DNA of 64,000 nt from Candidatus Omnitrophota bacterium (lineage in GTDB: Bacteria > Omnitrophota > Omnitrophia > Omnitrophales > Aquincolibacteriaceae): assembly GCA_019052695.1 (NCBI GenBank), contig JAHQRI010000001.1, forward strand, positions 7,755 through 71,754, written 5' to 3'. The notes below the pieces were generated by a model, which did not search any database, was not told the origin of the DNA, and worked only from the letters and a program-made list of their open reading frames with translations. Of the stretch, positions 18,743-28,703 are shown one piece after another; the first letter of the stretch is position 1, and the number at the start of each line of letters is the position of its first letter. The position numbers were made by a program, and so were the translations under genes.

Positions 18743-19096
18743 ATGGATCTAGCGATGGTCTTTATCGGATTGTTGGGAGGGTTCACAAGCGGGCTTTTGG
18801 GCGTGGGCGGCGGGGTGGTCTTTGTGCCTCTGCTCCTGATGCTAAAAGGATTCGATCCCCACCGGGCCATCGGGACGTCGCTCCTGGTGATCGTTTTTAC
18901 GGGAGTGTTCGGGGCTTTTTTCCATAGCCGCGCCGGGATGGTGGACATGAAGGCCGCCGTTCTGATGGGCCTCTTCAGCATTCTGGGGGTGTGGCTCGGG
19001 ACCCAGGGGTCGCTTCGGGTCGATGTGATTTTGCTCAGGCGAATTTTCGCGGTTTTTTTGTTCTTGATGGCGGTCAAGCTTTTCTTCTTCAAATAA
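18743..19096 (+). CDS. TauE/SafE (DUF81)-like small membrane protein
   Basis: GLLGVGGGVVFVPLL motif, four hydrophobic helices, 117 aa (a half-size member). Confidence 0.45.
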   Translation: MDLAMVFIGLLGGFTSGLLGVGGGVVFVPLLLMLKGFDPHRAIGTSLLVIVFTGVFGAFFHSRAGMVDMKAAVLMGLFSILGVWLGTQGSLRVDVILLRRIFAVFLFLMAVKLFFFK

Positions 19097-19120
19097 CATC
19101 CACGGGTTCAGGAGGAAAAA

Positions 19121-20644
19121 ATGAAAGTTTCTTTGTCGCCTCTCTCGCGTTCCGCCGCCAAGGCGGACCTTTTCGTGATCGGTTGTTTCAAGGGTCTTAA
19201 GGACCTGAAGGGGTTCCGAAAAGCGGACCCCGTTTTTTTTCGGGCCGCCGAAACCGCGATCGCCAAGAAAAGGTTCGAAGGGAAGACCGGAGAGTCCTTG
19301 GGTTCTTACCAAACGGGATACCGCCAGGCGCCGGAAGTCCTTCTGCTCGGACTGGGGGACAAGAACGCTTTTACGATCGCCTCCCTGAGAAAAGCGGTCG
19401 GGTCCCTGATCGGCGCGGCCCACGCGCGCAAGGCCCTGAAGGTCCGGGTCCTTCTCGGGTCTTTCTTGAGCGAAACGATCGATGCGGGCGCGGCCGTCAA
19501 GGCATTCGCTGAGGGGGCCCCTTTGGCGGCCTACCGGTTCATGCAGTATAAGACCCGGAAAAAGGACGATCCTGTCCGAACCCCGGATTCGTTGGAACTT
19601 GTGACCGAGAAAAATGAGAGCGCGGTGGAGCTGCGTTCCGTCCTGACGCGGTCTGAAAAGATCGTGAAAGCGGTGATCCTGGCGCGGGACCTGAACAACG
19701 AGCCGGGGAACATCATGAACCCGCCCCGCCTTGTGCAGGAAGCCAAAAAAATTGCCGCCGCGAAAAAATTAAAATGCCAAATCCTCGGGACGGCGGAACT
19801 CAAGAAAATGGGGATGAACGGAATCCTGGCCGTGAACCAGGGGAGCCCGACGCCGCCCGCGCTGATCGTCCTCGAATATGGTGAAGAGCATAAGGCGAAA
19901 GGGACCGTTTGCCTGGTCGGCAAGGGCGTGACGTTCGACACGGGCGGGATCTCGATCAAGCCTTCCAAGAACATGGAAGAAATGAAGTATGACAAATCGG
20001 GGGCCGTCGCGGTGATCGCGACGATGGGGCTTCTTCCGGACCTGAAACTTCCGGTCCACGTCGTGGGGCTCGCGCCCGTTGTGGAAAATAACGTGGGGAG
20101 CGATCCGCAAAGGCCCGGGGATATTATCAAGATGTTCAACGGAAAGACCGTGGCCGTAATGAACACGGACGCCGAGGGGCGGTTGATCCTGGCTGATGCG
20201 CTGGCGTACTGCGAACGGTATAAGCCCGCGGCGATCCTTGACGCGGCGACTTTGACCGGGATGTGCCATCACACGTTCGGGGACAAGACCTGCGGGATCC
20301 TCGGGACCGATCAGGGGTTGATCGACGAGGTCCGCAAGGCCGGCGAAGCGACCGGGGAGCGCTGCTGGCAGCTTCCTCTGTGGGACGAATACGGGGAATG
20401 CATCAAAGGAAGCCAATCGGACCTCCAGAACGTGGGGGACGGATACGCGGGTACGATCACGGCGACGATGTTCCTGAAAGAGTTTGTGCCGGCGAAGACC
20501 CCCTGGGTCCATCTGGATATCGCGGGTGTCGCCTATTGCACCCAGAACCGTTTCGACTGCCCGAAAGGGGCCACCGGTTTCGGGGTCCGCCTCTTCGCGG
20601 AATTCCTTTCAAACTGGGACACCGGTTTCTTTTCCAAAAAGTGA
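19121..20644 (+). CDS. pepA: leucyl aminopeptidase (M17)
   Basis: NTDAEGRL signature and GKGVTFDTGG. Confidence 0.85.
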   Translation: MKVSLSPLSRSAAKADLFVIGCFKGLKDLKGFRKADPVFFRAAETAIAKKRFEGKTGESLGSYQTGYRQAPEVLLLGLGDKNAFTIASLRKAVGSLIGAAHARKALKVRVLLGSFLSETIDAGAAVKAFAEGAPLAAYRFMQYKTRKKDDPVRTPDSLELVTEKNESAVELRSVLTRSEKIVKAVILARDLNNEPGNIMNPPRLVQEAKKIAAAKKLKCQILGTAELKKMGMNGILAVNQGSPTPPALIVLEYGEEHKAKGTVCLVGKGVTFDTGGISIKPSKNMEEMKYDKSGAVAVIATMGLLPDLKLPVHVVGLAPVVENNVGSDPQRPGDIIKMFNGKTVAVMNTDAEGRLILADALAYCERYKPAAILDAATLTGMCHHTFGDKTCGILGTDQGLIDEVRKAGEATGERCWQLPLWDEYGECIKGSQSDLQNVGDGYAGTITATMFLKEFVPAKTPWVHLDIAGVAYCTQNRFDCPKGATGFGVRLFAEFLSNWDTGFFSKK

Positions 20645-20823
20645 CCCAGGGGCCGTGCCGGTCGAGGCCTGATCTTTCAAACGATCCGGGGTTTTTCCCG
20701 GGATCCACCCGTTGCCGTCTCACTCTCTCCGGCGGGGCCCAAGACCCTGACGGGGTAAAGATTTTTCGGGAAAGACCGTTACTGTAGATGCCACGGAAAC
20801 TTTTAATTGAAGGAGAGTGACCT

Positions 20824-21258
20824 ATGAGAAAACCCCTAGCTTCCTTACTGGCCTTTTTGTTGATCTTCGCTTTCACGACGTCGCCCGCCATCGCGGCGGG
20901 GGCCAAAGAATTCGGAGCGTCCCTCTTGCTTCCTACGACGGGGCAGGCCATGAACGGCCAGATCGGCGCGACGAAGACCAAGATCATGGCGGGTATTGAG
21001 GTCGCCGCGGTGACGACGACGATCCTTCTGGCCACGTTGACCACCGGCGGTATTTTCTGGGCGGGTCTCGGGCCCCTTCTCGCGAACCACGCGTGGAGCG
21101 CCGCAGACGCTTTCAAGACGGCCCGCAGCAGCCAAGAGGACCCGTACATCCAGGAGCAGCTTTCTTCGGCCCAACGGACCCTGGATATGTCACGGCAAAA
21201 CCGTTTTGCCCGGGAATCGGATATCCGCGAAAGACTAATGCAAGCCGGTCAAGAATAG
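20824..21258 (+). CDS. hypothetical secreted protein
   Basis: Signal peptide ending AIAAG. AAGGAGAG RBS. Confidence 0.4.
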   Translation: MRKPLASLLAFLLIFAFTTSPAIAAGAKEFGASLLLPTTGQAMNGQIGATKTKIMAGIEVAAVTTTILLATLTTGGIFWAGLGPLLANHAWSAADAFKTARSSQEDPYIQEQLSSAQRTLDMSRQNRFARESDIRERLMQAGQE

Positions 21259-21283
21259 TCCGGGTCGAAGGCGTATTTAAGGA

Positions 21284-21320
21284 CGGTCTCAAAAGGCCTG
21301 ATCGTTACGATCAGGCCTTT
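21284..21320 (+). terminator. rho-independent terminator
   Basis: aaaaggcctgatcgttacgatcaggcctttttgtt: 11-bp perfect stem plus U-run. Confidence 0.65.
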
Positions 21321-21339
21321 TTGTTACCGGGGGGACAGC

Positions 21340-22635
21340 ATGGCCGACGCGTATCGTTCCAAACTTCTTTTTTCACAGCTCCGGATGGCGGCCGCCGTCT
21401 GGCAGAGCATTGAGAAGGACCCCGTTCCCGCGGACCGTTTCCTTTCCCGCTATTTTTTCCTGAACCGGAAAAAGATCGGTTCGCGCGACCGCCGGTTCCT
21501 TTCCGAAACGGTCTACAGCGCCTTCCGCCACAAGACCTTTCTTGAGGCTTGGGCGAGGAAAGTGAAAGACCGTCCGCTCGCAAGCGAGGCCGCCCGGGCC
21601 GAGCGTTTCTGCCTTTTGGCTGCCGCCAAAGAAGGCCTTGTTTCACGCGAAGAGTTCTGTGCCGTCCTGAAGGGGGGAGAGACGATCTACGCGGCGCTCC
21701 GTCAACACTTGGTCCCGGAAGGGGATGAGCCTAAGTCCAAGGAAGACATGATGGCGCTTCTTTACTCCTTTCCGCTGTGGCTGGTCCGCCGATGGACCGG
21801 GGTTTTCGGAGTCCATGAAACCGAACGCCTCCTCGGTTTCTTTCAGCAGCGTCCTCTCCTCGTCCTGCGCGCGAACACGCTCAAGATCAGCCGGAAAAAA
21901 CTTGTCGACATGTTCCGTCGCATGGGCGTGGAGGCCAATCCGGCGGCACGCGCCCATACCGGACTTGTCTTGCAGGAGAGGCGGAACGTTTTCGATACCC
22001 CCGCCTTTCGCGACGGATGGTTCGAAATTCAGGACGAGGGGAGCCAGCTTGTTTGCCAGTGCGTGGATCCCAAACCCGGAGAGAACGTATGGGATGTTTG
22101 CGCCGGAGGCGGCGGGAAGAGCCTCGCGTTCGCGGCCAGGATGGAGAATAAGGGGCGCATCGTGGCGACCGATCTCCGGGCCTACAAGCTGGATGAGCTC
22201 AAGAAGAGGGCCAAACGGGCGGGGGTCTACAATGTCTTTCCGGCGGAATTGGAACGGATCGGGGAGCTTAAGATCGCGAAAACGGGATTTGACAGGATCC
22301 TGGTGGACGCGCCGTGTTCGGGGACGGGAACGCTGGGACGGAATCCTGACGCCAAGTGGAAACTGACGGAATCTTGGTTCGGACACCTTCAGAAAGAACA
22401 GCTCGGGATCCTTGAAAAAGCTTTGCCTTACCTCGCAAAAAACGGCAAACTATACTATGCCACGTGTTCGCTTGACGCGGTGGAGAACGAACAGGTCGTC
22501 ACGAAATTCCTGGAGTGTCATCCGGAAGTGAGGTCCGTTCCCTGCGGCGATCCGGGCGCACCGTTCTTCAAACTATGGCCGCCGGACAGCGCGACGGACG
22601 GTTTTTTCCTGGCGGTGTTCGAAAAGGTGATTTAA
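21340..22635 (+). CDS. rsmB: 16S rRNA (cytosine-C5)-methyltransferase, RsmB/NOL1/NOP2/Sun family
   Basis: DVCAGGGGKS SAM motif. DAPCSGTGT catalytic PC motif. Confidence 0.75.
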   Translation: MADAYRSKLLFSQLRMAAAVWQSIEKDPVPADRFLSRYFFLNRKKIGSRDRRFLSETVYSAFRHKTFLEAWARKVKDRPLASEAARAERFCLLAAAKEGLVSREEFCAVLKGGETIYAALRQHLVPEGDEPKSKEDMMALLYSFPLWLVRRWTGVFGVHETERLLGFFQQRPLLVLRANTLKISRKKLVDMFRRMGVEANPAARAHTGLVLQERRNVFDTPAFRDGWFEIQDEGSQLVCQCVDPKPGENVWDVCAGGGGKSLAFAARMENKGRIVATDLRAYKLDELKKRAKRAGVYNVFPAELERIGELKIAKTGFDRILVDAPCSGTGTLGRNPDAKWKLTESWFGHLQKEQLGILEKALPYLAKNGKLYYATCSLDAVENEQVVTKFLECHPEVRSVPCGDPGAPFFKLWPPDSATDGFFLAVFEKVI

Positions 22636-22740
22636 GCGTGCTTTCTGCGTTCCGCGATCATCGGACCGCGGTTGATGCTATCGGAACGGCGGCCTGCGGG
22701 CATTTTTTTAAAAGTTCTCTTTGAATGAACGGGGTGAGTT

Positions 22741-23109
22741 ATGAAAAAACATTTTTGGGTCCTGACGGTAGCAGCGGTTTGGGCGCTTGGAGCGGGTGCC
22801 TTGGGAGCAGCGGAGACGGCCGTGAAGCCGAACGCTGTCAAACAGATCCTGGATGTCCAGAAGCGCGGGTTCATTAATATCGTGACCTGCCTGGGGGAAA
22901 CGGCGCGCGTTGTCCCGATCGCAAAAGAAGAACATCCCAAAGCATGGCTTGCCGCCTACCCCTTCTATGCGTTCGGGAACACATTTTTACGTCTCGGTTC
23001 CGGGATCAACGATCTCGCCATCCTTCCTTTTTACGTGAACGTTGTCCAGGATCCGACGCCGATCACGACACGGATGGATCTTCCCGAATATTTTTGGAGC
23101 CGGGAATAG
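22741..23109 (+). CDS. small secreted protein, paralog of 24569..25162
   Basis: Signal peptide. KRGFINIVTCLGETARVVPI and LRLGSGINDLAIL align with RGLINAATSPVDIIVQTV and LRAGSGILDVALF of the other protein. Possible link to an exosortase-associated small-protein family. Confidence 0.45.
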   Translation: MKKHFWVLTVAAVWALGAGALGAAETAVKPNAVKQILDVQKRGFINIVTCLGETARVVPIAKEEHPKAWLAAYPFYAFGNTFLRLGSGINDLAILPFYVNVVQDPTPITTRMDLPEYFWSRE

Positions 23110-23148
23110 CGGCGGGGTTCCGGGCCCTCCGTCATCCCTCCTTTCTGC

Positions 23149-23868
23149 ATGAAAAAAACGAACGTCGCGATCATTCTTGTAGGACCCGAAAATCCGGATA
23201 ATATCGGTGCGGTCGCCCGGGCTTTGAAGAACACGGGGTTTTCCGACCTCCGTCTGGTCCGTCCGCCGCGGCCATGGCGCCTCAAGGGCAGGAAAATGGC
23301 CATGGCCGCCCGCGACGTACTGGACCGCGCGAAAGTGTGCGGGACCCTTGAAGCGGCGGTCCGGGACCGGAACTTTGTGCTCGGGACGACGCGGCGGGCC
23401 GGGGCGGGCCGGGGGTCCTTTCTCCCATTCCGGGAAGCGGTCGCGCGAGCGCGCAGCGTCTCGGAGAAAGGGAAGGTCGGGTTCGTTTTCGGTTGTGAAT
23501 CCAAAGGGCTTGCGAATAAGGACATCGCGCTGTGCGACCGGTTGGTCACGTTCCCGGCGAACTCGAAATACCCCTCGTTCAACTTGGCCCAGGCGGTGAT
23601 GGTCGCGCTGTTCACGTTGTCGATCGGCGACGAGACCGGCCCGCAGGACAGCCGGGAGCCGTTCCTGGACAAACGAGGGACGGGTTTGGTCCTTAAACAT
23701 TTTCAAACGGCTCTGAAAGCGCTCGGGTATCGCCGGGGAGGGAGCGATCTTTTGCCGCGTATCCTCCGGACGATGGACGGACTTTTTAAACGGGGCGGAT
23801 TGTTGGAAGCGGAGGCGCAGATGTTCAAGGGACTTTCCCGCAGGATCCGCGAAAAGGTTTTGAGTTGA
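23149..23868 (+). CDS. TrmH/SpoU family RNA 2'-O-methyltransferase
   Basis: N-terminal VAIILVGPENPDNIGAVARA and a SPOUT-like fold. Confidence 0.7.
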   Translation: MKKTNVAIILVGPENPDNIGAVARALKNTGFSDLRLVRPPRPWRLKGRKMAMAARDVLDRAKVCGTLEAAVRDRNFVLGTTRRAGAGRGSFLPFREAVARARSVSEKGKVGFVFGCESKGLANKDIALCDRLVTFPANSKYPSFNLAQAVMVALFTLSIGDETGPQDSREPFLDKRGTGLVLKHFQTALKALGYRRGGSDLLPRILRTMDGLFKRGGLLEAEAQMFKGLSRRIREKVLS

Positions 23869-23942
23869 GCCGTCCGTAAGGTTAAACTGTCATCGCCCTG
23901 CGCGAGAGGCGGATCTTCGGTCAATTAAAGGAACCATAGAAC

Positions 23943-24488
23943 ATGGACGAACAAAAACTTAAGGAAGAACTGCTGGCGTTGATCAAGGAAAAGGCTTTGA
24001 CCCGGGGCGAACGTACGTTGGCCTCCGGCAAGATTTCGAACTATTACATCGACGGCAAGCAGGTGACCCTGAGCCCTCAGGGGCTATTTCTCACGGCCAA
24101 AGTGATGCTCCTCATGATCCAGGGGACGGGGGCGTGCGCGGTCGGGGGGCCGACCCTTGGAGCGGACCCGATCGCTGCGGCCGTTTCGGTGCTCAGCTCG
24201 CAAAGCGGGAATCCTCTCAAAGCGTTCATCGTCCGCAAAGAGGCGAAGGACCACGGGATGCAACGCATGATCGAAGGCCCCGCACTGGAACCGGGCGATA
24301 AGGTGATCATGGTCGAAGATGTGATCACGACCGGAGGGTCAGTCCTGAAAGCCATTCGCGAGGTGGAAAAAGCGGGCGCGAAGGTCGTCAAAACCCTCTG
24401 TCTTGTGGACCGCGGAGAAGGGGCCGACGAGACGCTGGCGGGCTACCATTATTCTCCGATCTTCAACCTAGCCGACATCGGCGTTTAG
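23943..24488 (+). CDS. pyrE: orotate phosphoribosyltransferase
   Basis: PRPP-binding motif IMVEDVITTGGS. Confidence 0.85.
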   Translation: MDEQKLKEELLALIKEKALTRGERTLASGKISNYYIDGKQVTLSPQGLFLTAKVMLLMIQGTGACAVGGPTLGADPIAAAVSVLSSQSGNPLKAFIVRKEAKDHGMQRMIEGPALEPGDKVIMVEDVITTGGSVLKAIREVEKAGAKVVKTLCLVDRGEGADETLAGYHYSPIFNLADIGV

Positions 24489-24504
24489 ACCCTTCCGAAG
24501 AATA

Positions 24505-24542
24505 AAAAAACGCGAGACCGTTGAACGGCCTCGCGTTTTTTT
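24505..24542. terminator. bidirectional rho-independent terminator
   Basis: aaaaaaacgcgag..ctcgcgttttttt. Serves pyrE on + and the convergent secreted-protein gene on -. Confidence 0.7.
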
Positions 24543-24568
24543 ATTCTCCCGCTGCTGTGAGCGCGGGA

Positions 24569-25162
24569 CTATTTCTTCACGTAATCGTACGCGCTGTGTT
24601 CGCGGACCAGGCGCTTCGGCGTCGCCACGGGTTCGGGCTCGGGCTCCGTGACGGTCGCGACCGGAGCGGCCGGCTCAACGATGGTCACGATCGGAGCGGG
24701 CGCGACAGATTGCGTGACCACAGGGACCGGGGTCTGAACCATCGGCGCCGTGTAGACCGGAGCGACATAGACCGGAGCCGCAGCGGTATACGCCTCCCGC
24801 TCTTCCCAGCACAAACAATTGTCGTAGGAGCGTGCAACGGGGAAGCCGTTAAAGCCGGGGACCCAGAACAAAGCCACATCCAGGATCCCGGAACCTGCGC
24901 GCAGGGCCGTGCAGCCCAGCCCGCCGCCCAATCCCGTCAAAGTCCCGATGAGCGGGGGACCGGACTTTGTTTTGTTGACGGTCTGGACGATGATATCGAC
25001 CGGACTCGTTGCCGCGTTGATCAATCCGCGGCCCAACATCCCGCCGGTTTTTTGTTTATAGGAATCCGATTCCGCCATTTCCCAAACGTCTGCGGCCAGG
25101 CCCTGCGGGACCAGCAACCCGATGCAAAGAACAAGAACGAAAAAAGCTTTCAACATTTTCAC
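24569..25162 (-). CDS. secreted protein with Pro/Val/Ala-rich C-terminal tail, paralog of 22741..23109
   Basis: Signal peptide MKMLKAFFVLVLCIGLLVPQGLA. MLGRGLINAATSPVDII motif. The overlapping + strand ORF is low-complexity Arg/Asp junk. Confidence 0.5.
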   Translation of the reverse strand: MKMLKAFFVLVLCIGLLVPQGLAADVWEMAESDSYKQKTGGMLGRGLINAATSPVDIIVQTVNKTKSGPPLIGTLTGLGGGLGCTALRAGSGILDVALFWVPGFNGFPVARSYDNCLCWEEREAYTAAAPVYVAPVYTAPMVQTPVPVVTQSVAPAPIVTIVEPAAPVATVTEPEPEPVATPKRLVREHSAYDYVKK

Positions 25163-25446
25163 GGACCCCCCTTTTTGTAGAGATTTTTTAAGTTTCCGAC
25201 CGGTTAGAAAATGCTACAAAAACTGACTAGGATAAAATACTACAATGAATAAAAATAACAATCAATACTATTTTTTTTAACGGACCGCGTTTCTTGTAAA
25301 CATAAACCCAGCAAGAGTTTACAAAATTGGCGCCGAATCATAAAAACTAGCAACTATTGACAATTTATAAATAATAGAGTACTTTGTGGAGTAGTATATA
25401 GCTATATTTGAGGTTAAAATAGCAATAGCAAACAAGGAGAGAAAGT

Positions 25447-25668
25447 ATGGAACAAGAAAAGGATGAGAAACAAGTTGTCCAATACCCGAAGCGAGAGCGA
25501 ACCCAAATTATGACGCCCAAGGAAGCGGCGAAATACCTCGGGTTCCATCTTGTGACGATCTACCGCCTCTTGAAAAAGGGCGATGTTCCCGCGACGAAGA
25601 TCGGCGGGCAGTGGCGCTTCAAAAAAGACGTCCTGGATGCTTGGTTGAATGATCGCATGAACCAGTAA
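25447..25668 (+). CDS. helix-turn-helix DNA-binding protein, excisionase (Xis/AlpA) family
   Basis: MTPKEAAKYLGFHLVTIYRLLKKGDVPATKIGGQWRF. AAGGAGAG RBS. Preceded by about 260 nt of AT-rich DNA. Confidence 0.6.
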   Translation: MEQEKDEKQVVQYPKRERTQIMTPKEAAKYLGFHLVTIYRLLKKGDVPATKIGGQWRFKKDVLDAWLNDRMNQ

Positions 25669-25780
25669 GGGACCGGCGAGCCGGAAGATCAATGCGCCGT
25701 GTCGCGCTTCCGAGTTGGCTCGGCCCGCCCGAGGATGATCTGCCCATGCCTTTCTCAACAGGTCTGTCGTGCCGGGAAAG

Positions 25781-26854
25781 TCAGGCGGCGTGTTTAGCGG
25801 TCAGGGCATTCACGATCTGTTGGTGGGGCGCGGGGAAAGCGAGCAGCTTTATCCTTTGAAGCGGCACCCACCGCCCCTTCCTCCCCATTAAGAACTTTCC
25901 GGATTTTTTCCCCTTTGGGATCCGTGCTTTATGGACCGTCAGCGTGATCCGGTATTTTGTGTAACCGTGGCGCACGATCATCAGCGGTTGAAGCCGGGTT
26001 CGAAATTCCCCGATCTCTTTTATCATCGAACTGCGGCCGTTCCAAAAGGGGAACATCCACAACCCTCCCCATCGGCTGGACGCATGTTGCCGCTCGATCC
26101 AGACGTCCCCCCGGTCGTTTTGAGGGACCAACGCGGTCATTTCGATTTTTTCGTAATTCTCTTTTTGGGAGTGAACGGGATAAAAATCAGGTTTGTTCCT
26201 TTGGCGAGCTTTGCAAAAAGTCCTGACCGGGCATTGCGGGCACCGCGGGTCCCGGGGAAAACAGACGGTTGCGCCGAGTTCCATCATGGCTTGGTTCATG
26301 TCCCCCGGATCTTTTTCCGGCAGGAGGGACGCCGCAGTGTTCCATAATTTTTCAAGGGTCCGGAGGCGGGCGATGTCCTGGGCGATCCCAAAGATCCTTG
26401 TGAGGACCCGGATGACGTTGCCGTCCAGGACCGGCGCTCTTTGACCGAAAGCGATGCTTGCGATCGCTCCGGCGGTGTAGCGGCCGATCCCCGGCAAATG
26501 GCACAATCCTTCGGCGGTCTCCGGGATCTTGCCCTTCATTTTTTTTTGTACGTACCGTGCTGCCTGATGGAACATGCGCGCGCGCCGGTAATAACCCAGC
26601 CCCGCCCAGTAACGCAGGACTTCGTTCAAAGGGGCCCGTGCGAGAGAGACCAGCGTGGGGAATCTCCGGAGCCACTTCCGGTAATAAGGGATGACGGTCG
26701 CGACCTGGGTCTGCTGGAGCATGACTTCCGAGACCCAGATCTTGTACGGGTCATTGGTGCGCCGCCACGGAAGATCCCTCTGATGAAGCGAATACCACCT
26801 TTTCAGGCGGCGGGCGATCTTCTGGCGCAGGGGAGCGGGATCTAACATGGACAT
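25781..26854 (-). CDS. mutY: A/G-specific adenine DNA glycosylase
   Basis: HhH-GPD region VSEVMLQQTQV. Fe-S cysteines CFPRDPRCPQCPVRTFC. NUDIX-like C-terminal domain. Confidence 0.85.
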   Translation of the reverse strand: MSMLDPAPLRQKIARRLKRWYSLHQRDLPWRRTNDPYKIWVSEVMLQQTQVATVIPYYRKWLRRFPTLVSLARAPLNEVLRYWAGLGYYRRARMFHQAARYVQKKMKGKIPETAEGLCHLPGIGRYTAGAIASIAFGQRAPVLDGNVIRVLTRIFGIAQDIARLRTLEKLWNTAASLLPEKDPGDMNQAMMELGATVCFPRDPRCPQCPVRTFCKARQRNKPDFYPVHSQKENYEKIEMTALVPQNDRGDVWIERQHASSRWGGLWMFPFWNGRSSMIKEIGEFRTRLQPLMIVRHGYTKYRITLTVHKARIPKGKKSGKFLMGRKGRWVPLQRIKLLAFPAPHQQIVNALTAKHAA

Positions 26855-26975
26855 ATCCTATAAGAGGCCGGCCCCAAACGCCCTAAAAAAATGAAAAACA
26901 GTCGAAAAGAAAGACGAAAGTTGATAGACTGTCCCCGACCGCGGGGCAATGCGGGTCCGAGGAGACAGAGCCCTT

Positions 26976-27368
26976 ATGTCGATCCAAAAGCAGCTTTCCG
27001 TTTTTTTACCCAATAGACCGGGGATCATGGCGCACGCCTGCGCCGTGCTGTCGGAAGGGGGGATCAACATCCTGGCCATGGCCGTTCACGACACCATGGA
27101 CAATGCGGTCGTCCGTTTCCTCGTCGATCAACCTACCAAGGCCATCCTTCTTTTAGAGCAGGAAGAATTGTACGTGCAGGAACAGGATGTCGTGGTGGCC
27201 GAGATCGATAATCAGACCGGGACCCTCGCCCGGATCTGTCAGAGCCTTGCCGAGGCCGATATCAACATCGCCTACGCTTACTGCACGGCGACCCCCCGGC
27301 AAGAATGCGGTTGCCTGGTCATACGGACGGACCAGATCGAGCGGGCGCAGGAACTTCTCAGCAAATAG
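26976..27368 (+). CDS. ACT domain-containing protein (tandem ACT)
   Basis: Two beta-alpha-beta-beta-alpha-beta-like halves, LSVFLPNRPGIMA and VVVAEIDNQTGTLA. Confidence 0.55.
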   Translation: MSIQKQLSVFLPNRPGIMAHACAVLSEGGINILAMAVHDTMDNAVVRFLVDQPTKAILLLEQEELYVQEQDVVVAEIDNQTGTLARICQSLAEADINIAYAYCTATPRQECGCLVIRTDQIERAQELLSK

Positions 27369-27433
27369 CAACCGGCGCATTCCGGGTCTTCCCATCGACC
27401 CTTTCCCAGCGTCCGACGAACGGAAAAAAACGC

Positions 27434-28198
27434 ATGAAGATCTTATCTTGGAACGTCAACGGGATCCGGGCCGTCCAGAAAAAAGGTTTTCTGGAGTGGC
27501 TCAAACGGGAGAAGCCCGACATCCTCGGCGTTCAGGAAACCAAGGCGAGGCCCGAACAGCTGGATATGTTCCTGATGCATCCGGACGGCTATCATACTTA
27601 CTGGAATTCTTCGGCGCGTCCGGGGTATAGCGGCGTCGCGATCTTTACGAGGGAAAAACCGGTTTCCGTGACTTGCGGGTTCGGGATCAAGAAATTTGAC
27701 GAGGAAGGCCGCGTGATCCTGGCGGAATATCCGAAGTTCGTTTTCATGAACATCTATTTCCCGAACGGGAAAAGCGGCGACGAACGGCTTCGTTACAAAA
27801 TGGATTTTTACGCCGCGACACTGAAATTCACAAAGAAGCTCAAGGCCAAAGGGAAAAAGGTCATTATTTCGGGCGATTACAATACCGCCCATAAAGAGGT
27901 CGATCTTGCCCGGCCGAAAGAAAACGAGGACATCTCCGGTTTTTTACCGATCGAGCGGGCCTGGCTTGATCAGTGGGTCGCGGACGGGCAGGCGGACGTG
28001 TTCCGCCGATTCCATGAAGGTCCCGGGCATTACAGCTGGTGGGACCTGAAATCCGGAGCGCGGGAGCGGAACGTCGGTTGGCGCATCGATTATCACTTTG
28101 TGACCGAAGACCTTCTCCCGAAGGTCAAAGAAGCGTCGATCCTGCGGGACGTCATTGGCTCCGACCACGCACCCGTCTCATTGACTTTGGCGGACTGA
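27434..28198 (+). CDS. xth: exodeoxyribonuclease III
   Basis: MKILSWNVNGIRA at the N-terminus. C-terminal GSDHAPV. Confidence 0.85.
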   Translation: MKILSWNVNGIRAVQKKGFLEWLKREKPDILGVQETKARPEQLDMFLMHPDGYHTYWNSSARPGYSGVAIFTREKPVSVTCGFGIKKFDEEGRVILAEYPKFVFMNIYFPNGKSGDERLRYKMDFYAATLKFTKKLKAKGKKVIISGDYNTAHKEVDLARPKENEDISGFLPIERAWLDQWVADGQADVFRRFHEGPGHYSWWDLKSGARERNVGWRIDYHFVTEDLLPKVKEASILRDVIGSDHAPVSLTLAD

Positions 28199-28207
28199 CG
28201 AAGACCC

Positions 28208-28657
28208 ATGGGCTCGCTCACCAAACAGATCTTGATCAATGCTCCGGCCCAGACGATTTGGGATATCCTGGCCGCCGTGGAGCGGACCCCAGAATGGATC
28301 GACGGCGTTCAGGAAAGCGAACGCACCGGCGAGGTCTGTGAGGGCGTGGGTTTGCGCTGGCGTGAGCTTTCGGTCCTCGAGCGGCAGCACATTGAAATGG
28401 CGCACGAAATGGTCGCTTGGGAGCCCTTGAAACACCTGAAAGTCCGAAGCGTTCTGCCGATGAACGGCTGGCTAGAGCGGACGCTTGAGATCAAGTCTTC
28501 GGGGTCCTCTCAGGAAGTCGAGATCAAGGTCGATTGGGACCTCGGGATCGCCGGCATGCTGCTCGGGGAGAAAAAAGTGGCGGATTTAATGGAAACCCTT
28601 TTTGAAACGACCCTTGCGAACCTCAAGGACCTTGCAGAAAAAGATCTCCAAGCGTAG
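28208..28657 (+). CDS. SRPBCC family protein (polyketide cyclase/START-like)
   Basis: ILINAPAQTIWDIL start with the characteristic size. Confidence 0.6.
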   Translation: MGSLTKQILINAPAQTIWDILAAVERTPEWIDGVQESERTGEVCEGVGLRWRELSVLERQHIEMAHEMVAWEPLKHLKVRSVLPMNGWLERTLEIKSSGSSQEVEIKVDWDLGIAGMLLGEKKVADLMETLFETTLANLKDLAEKDLQA

Positions 28658-28703
28658 CGGTTTCATACGGCCAGAGTGGCGCGCCCCTTCTCCCCGGAGG
28701 CCC

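Noticed and set aside
19769-20512. 247-aa minus-strand ORF
   Set aside because: Antisense to pepA.
24521-25180. 219-aa plus-strand ORF
   Set aside because: Arg/Asp-rich junk opposite a minus-strand gene that has a signal peptide and a paralog in the window.
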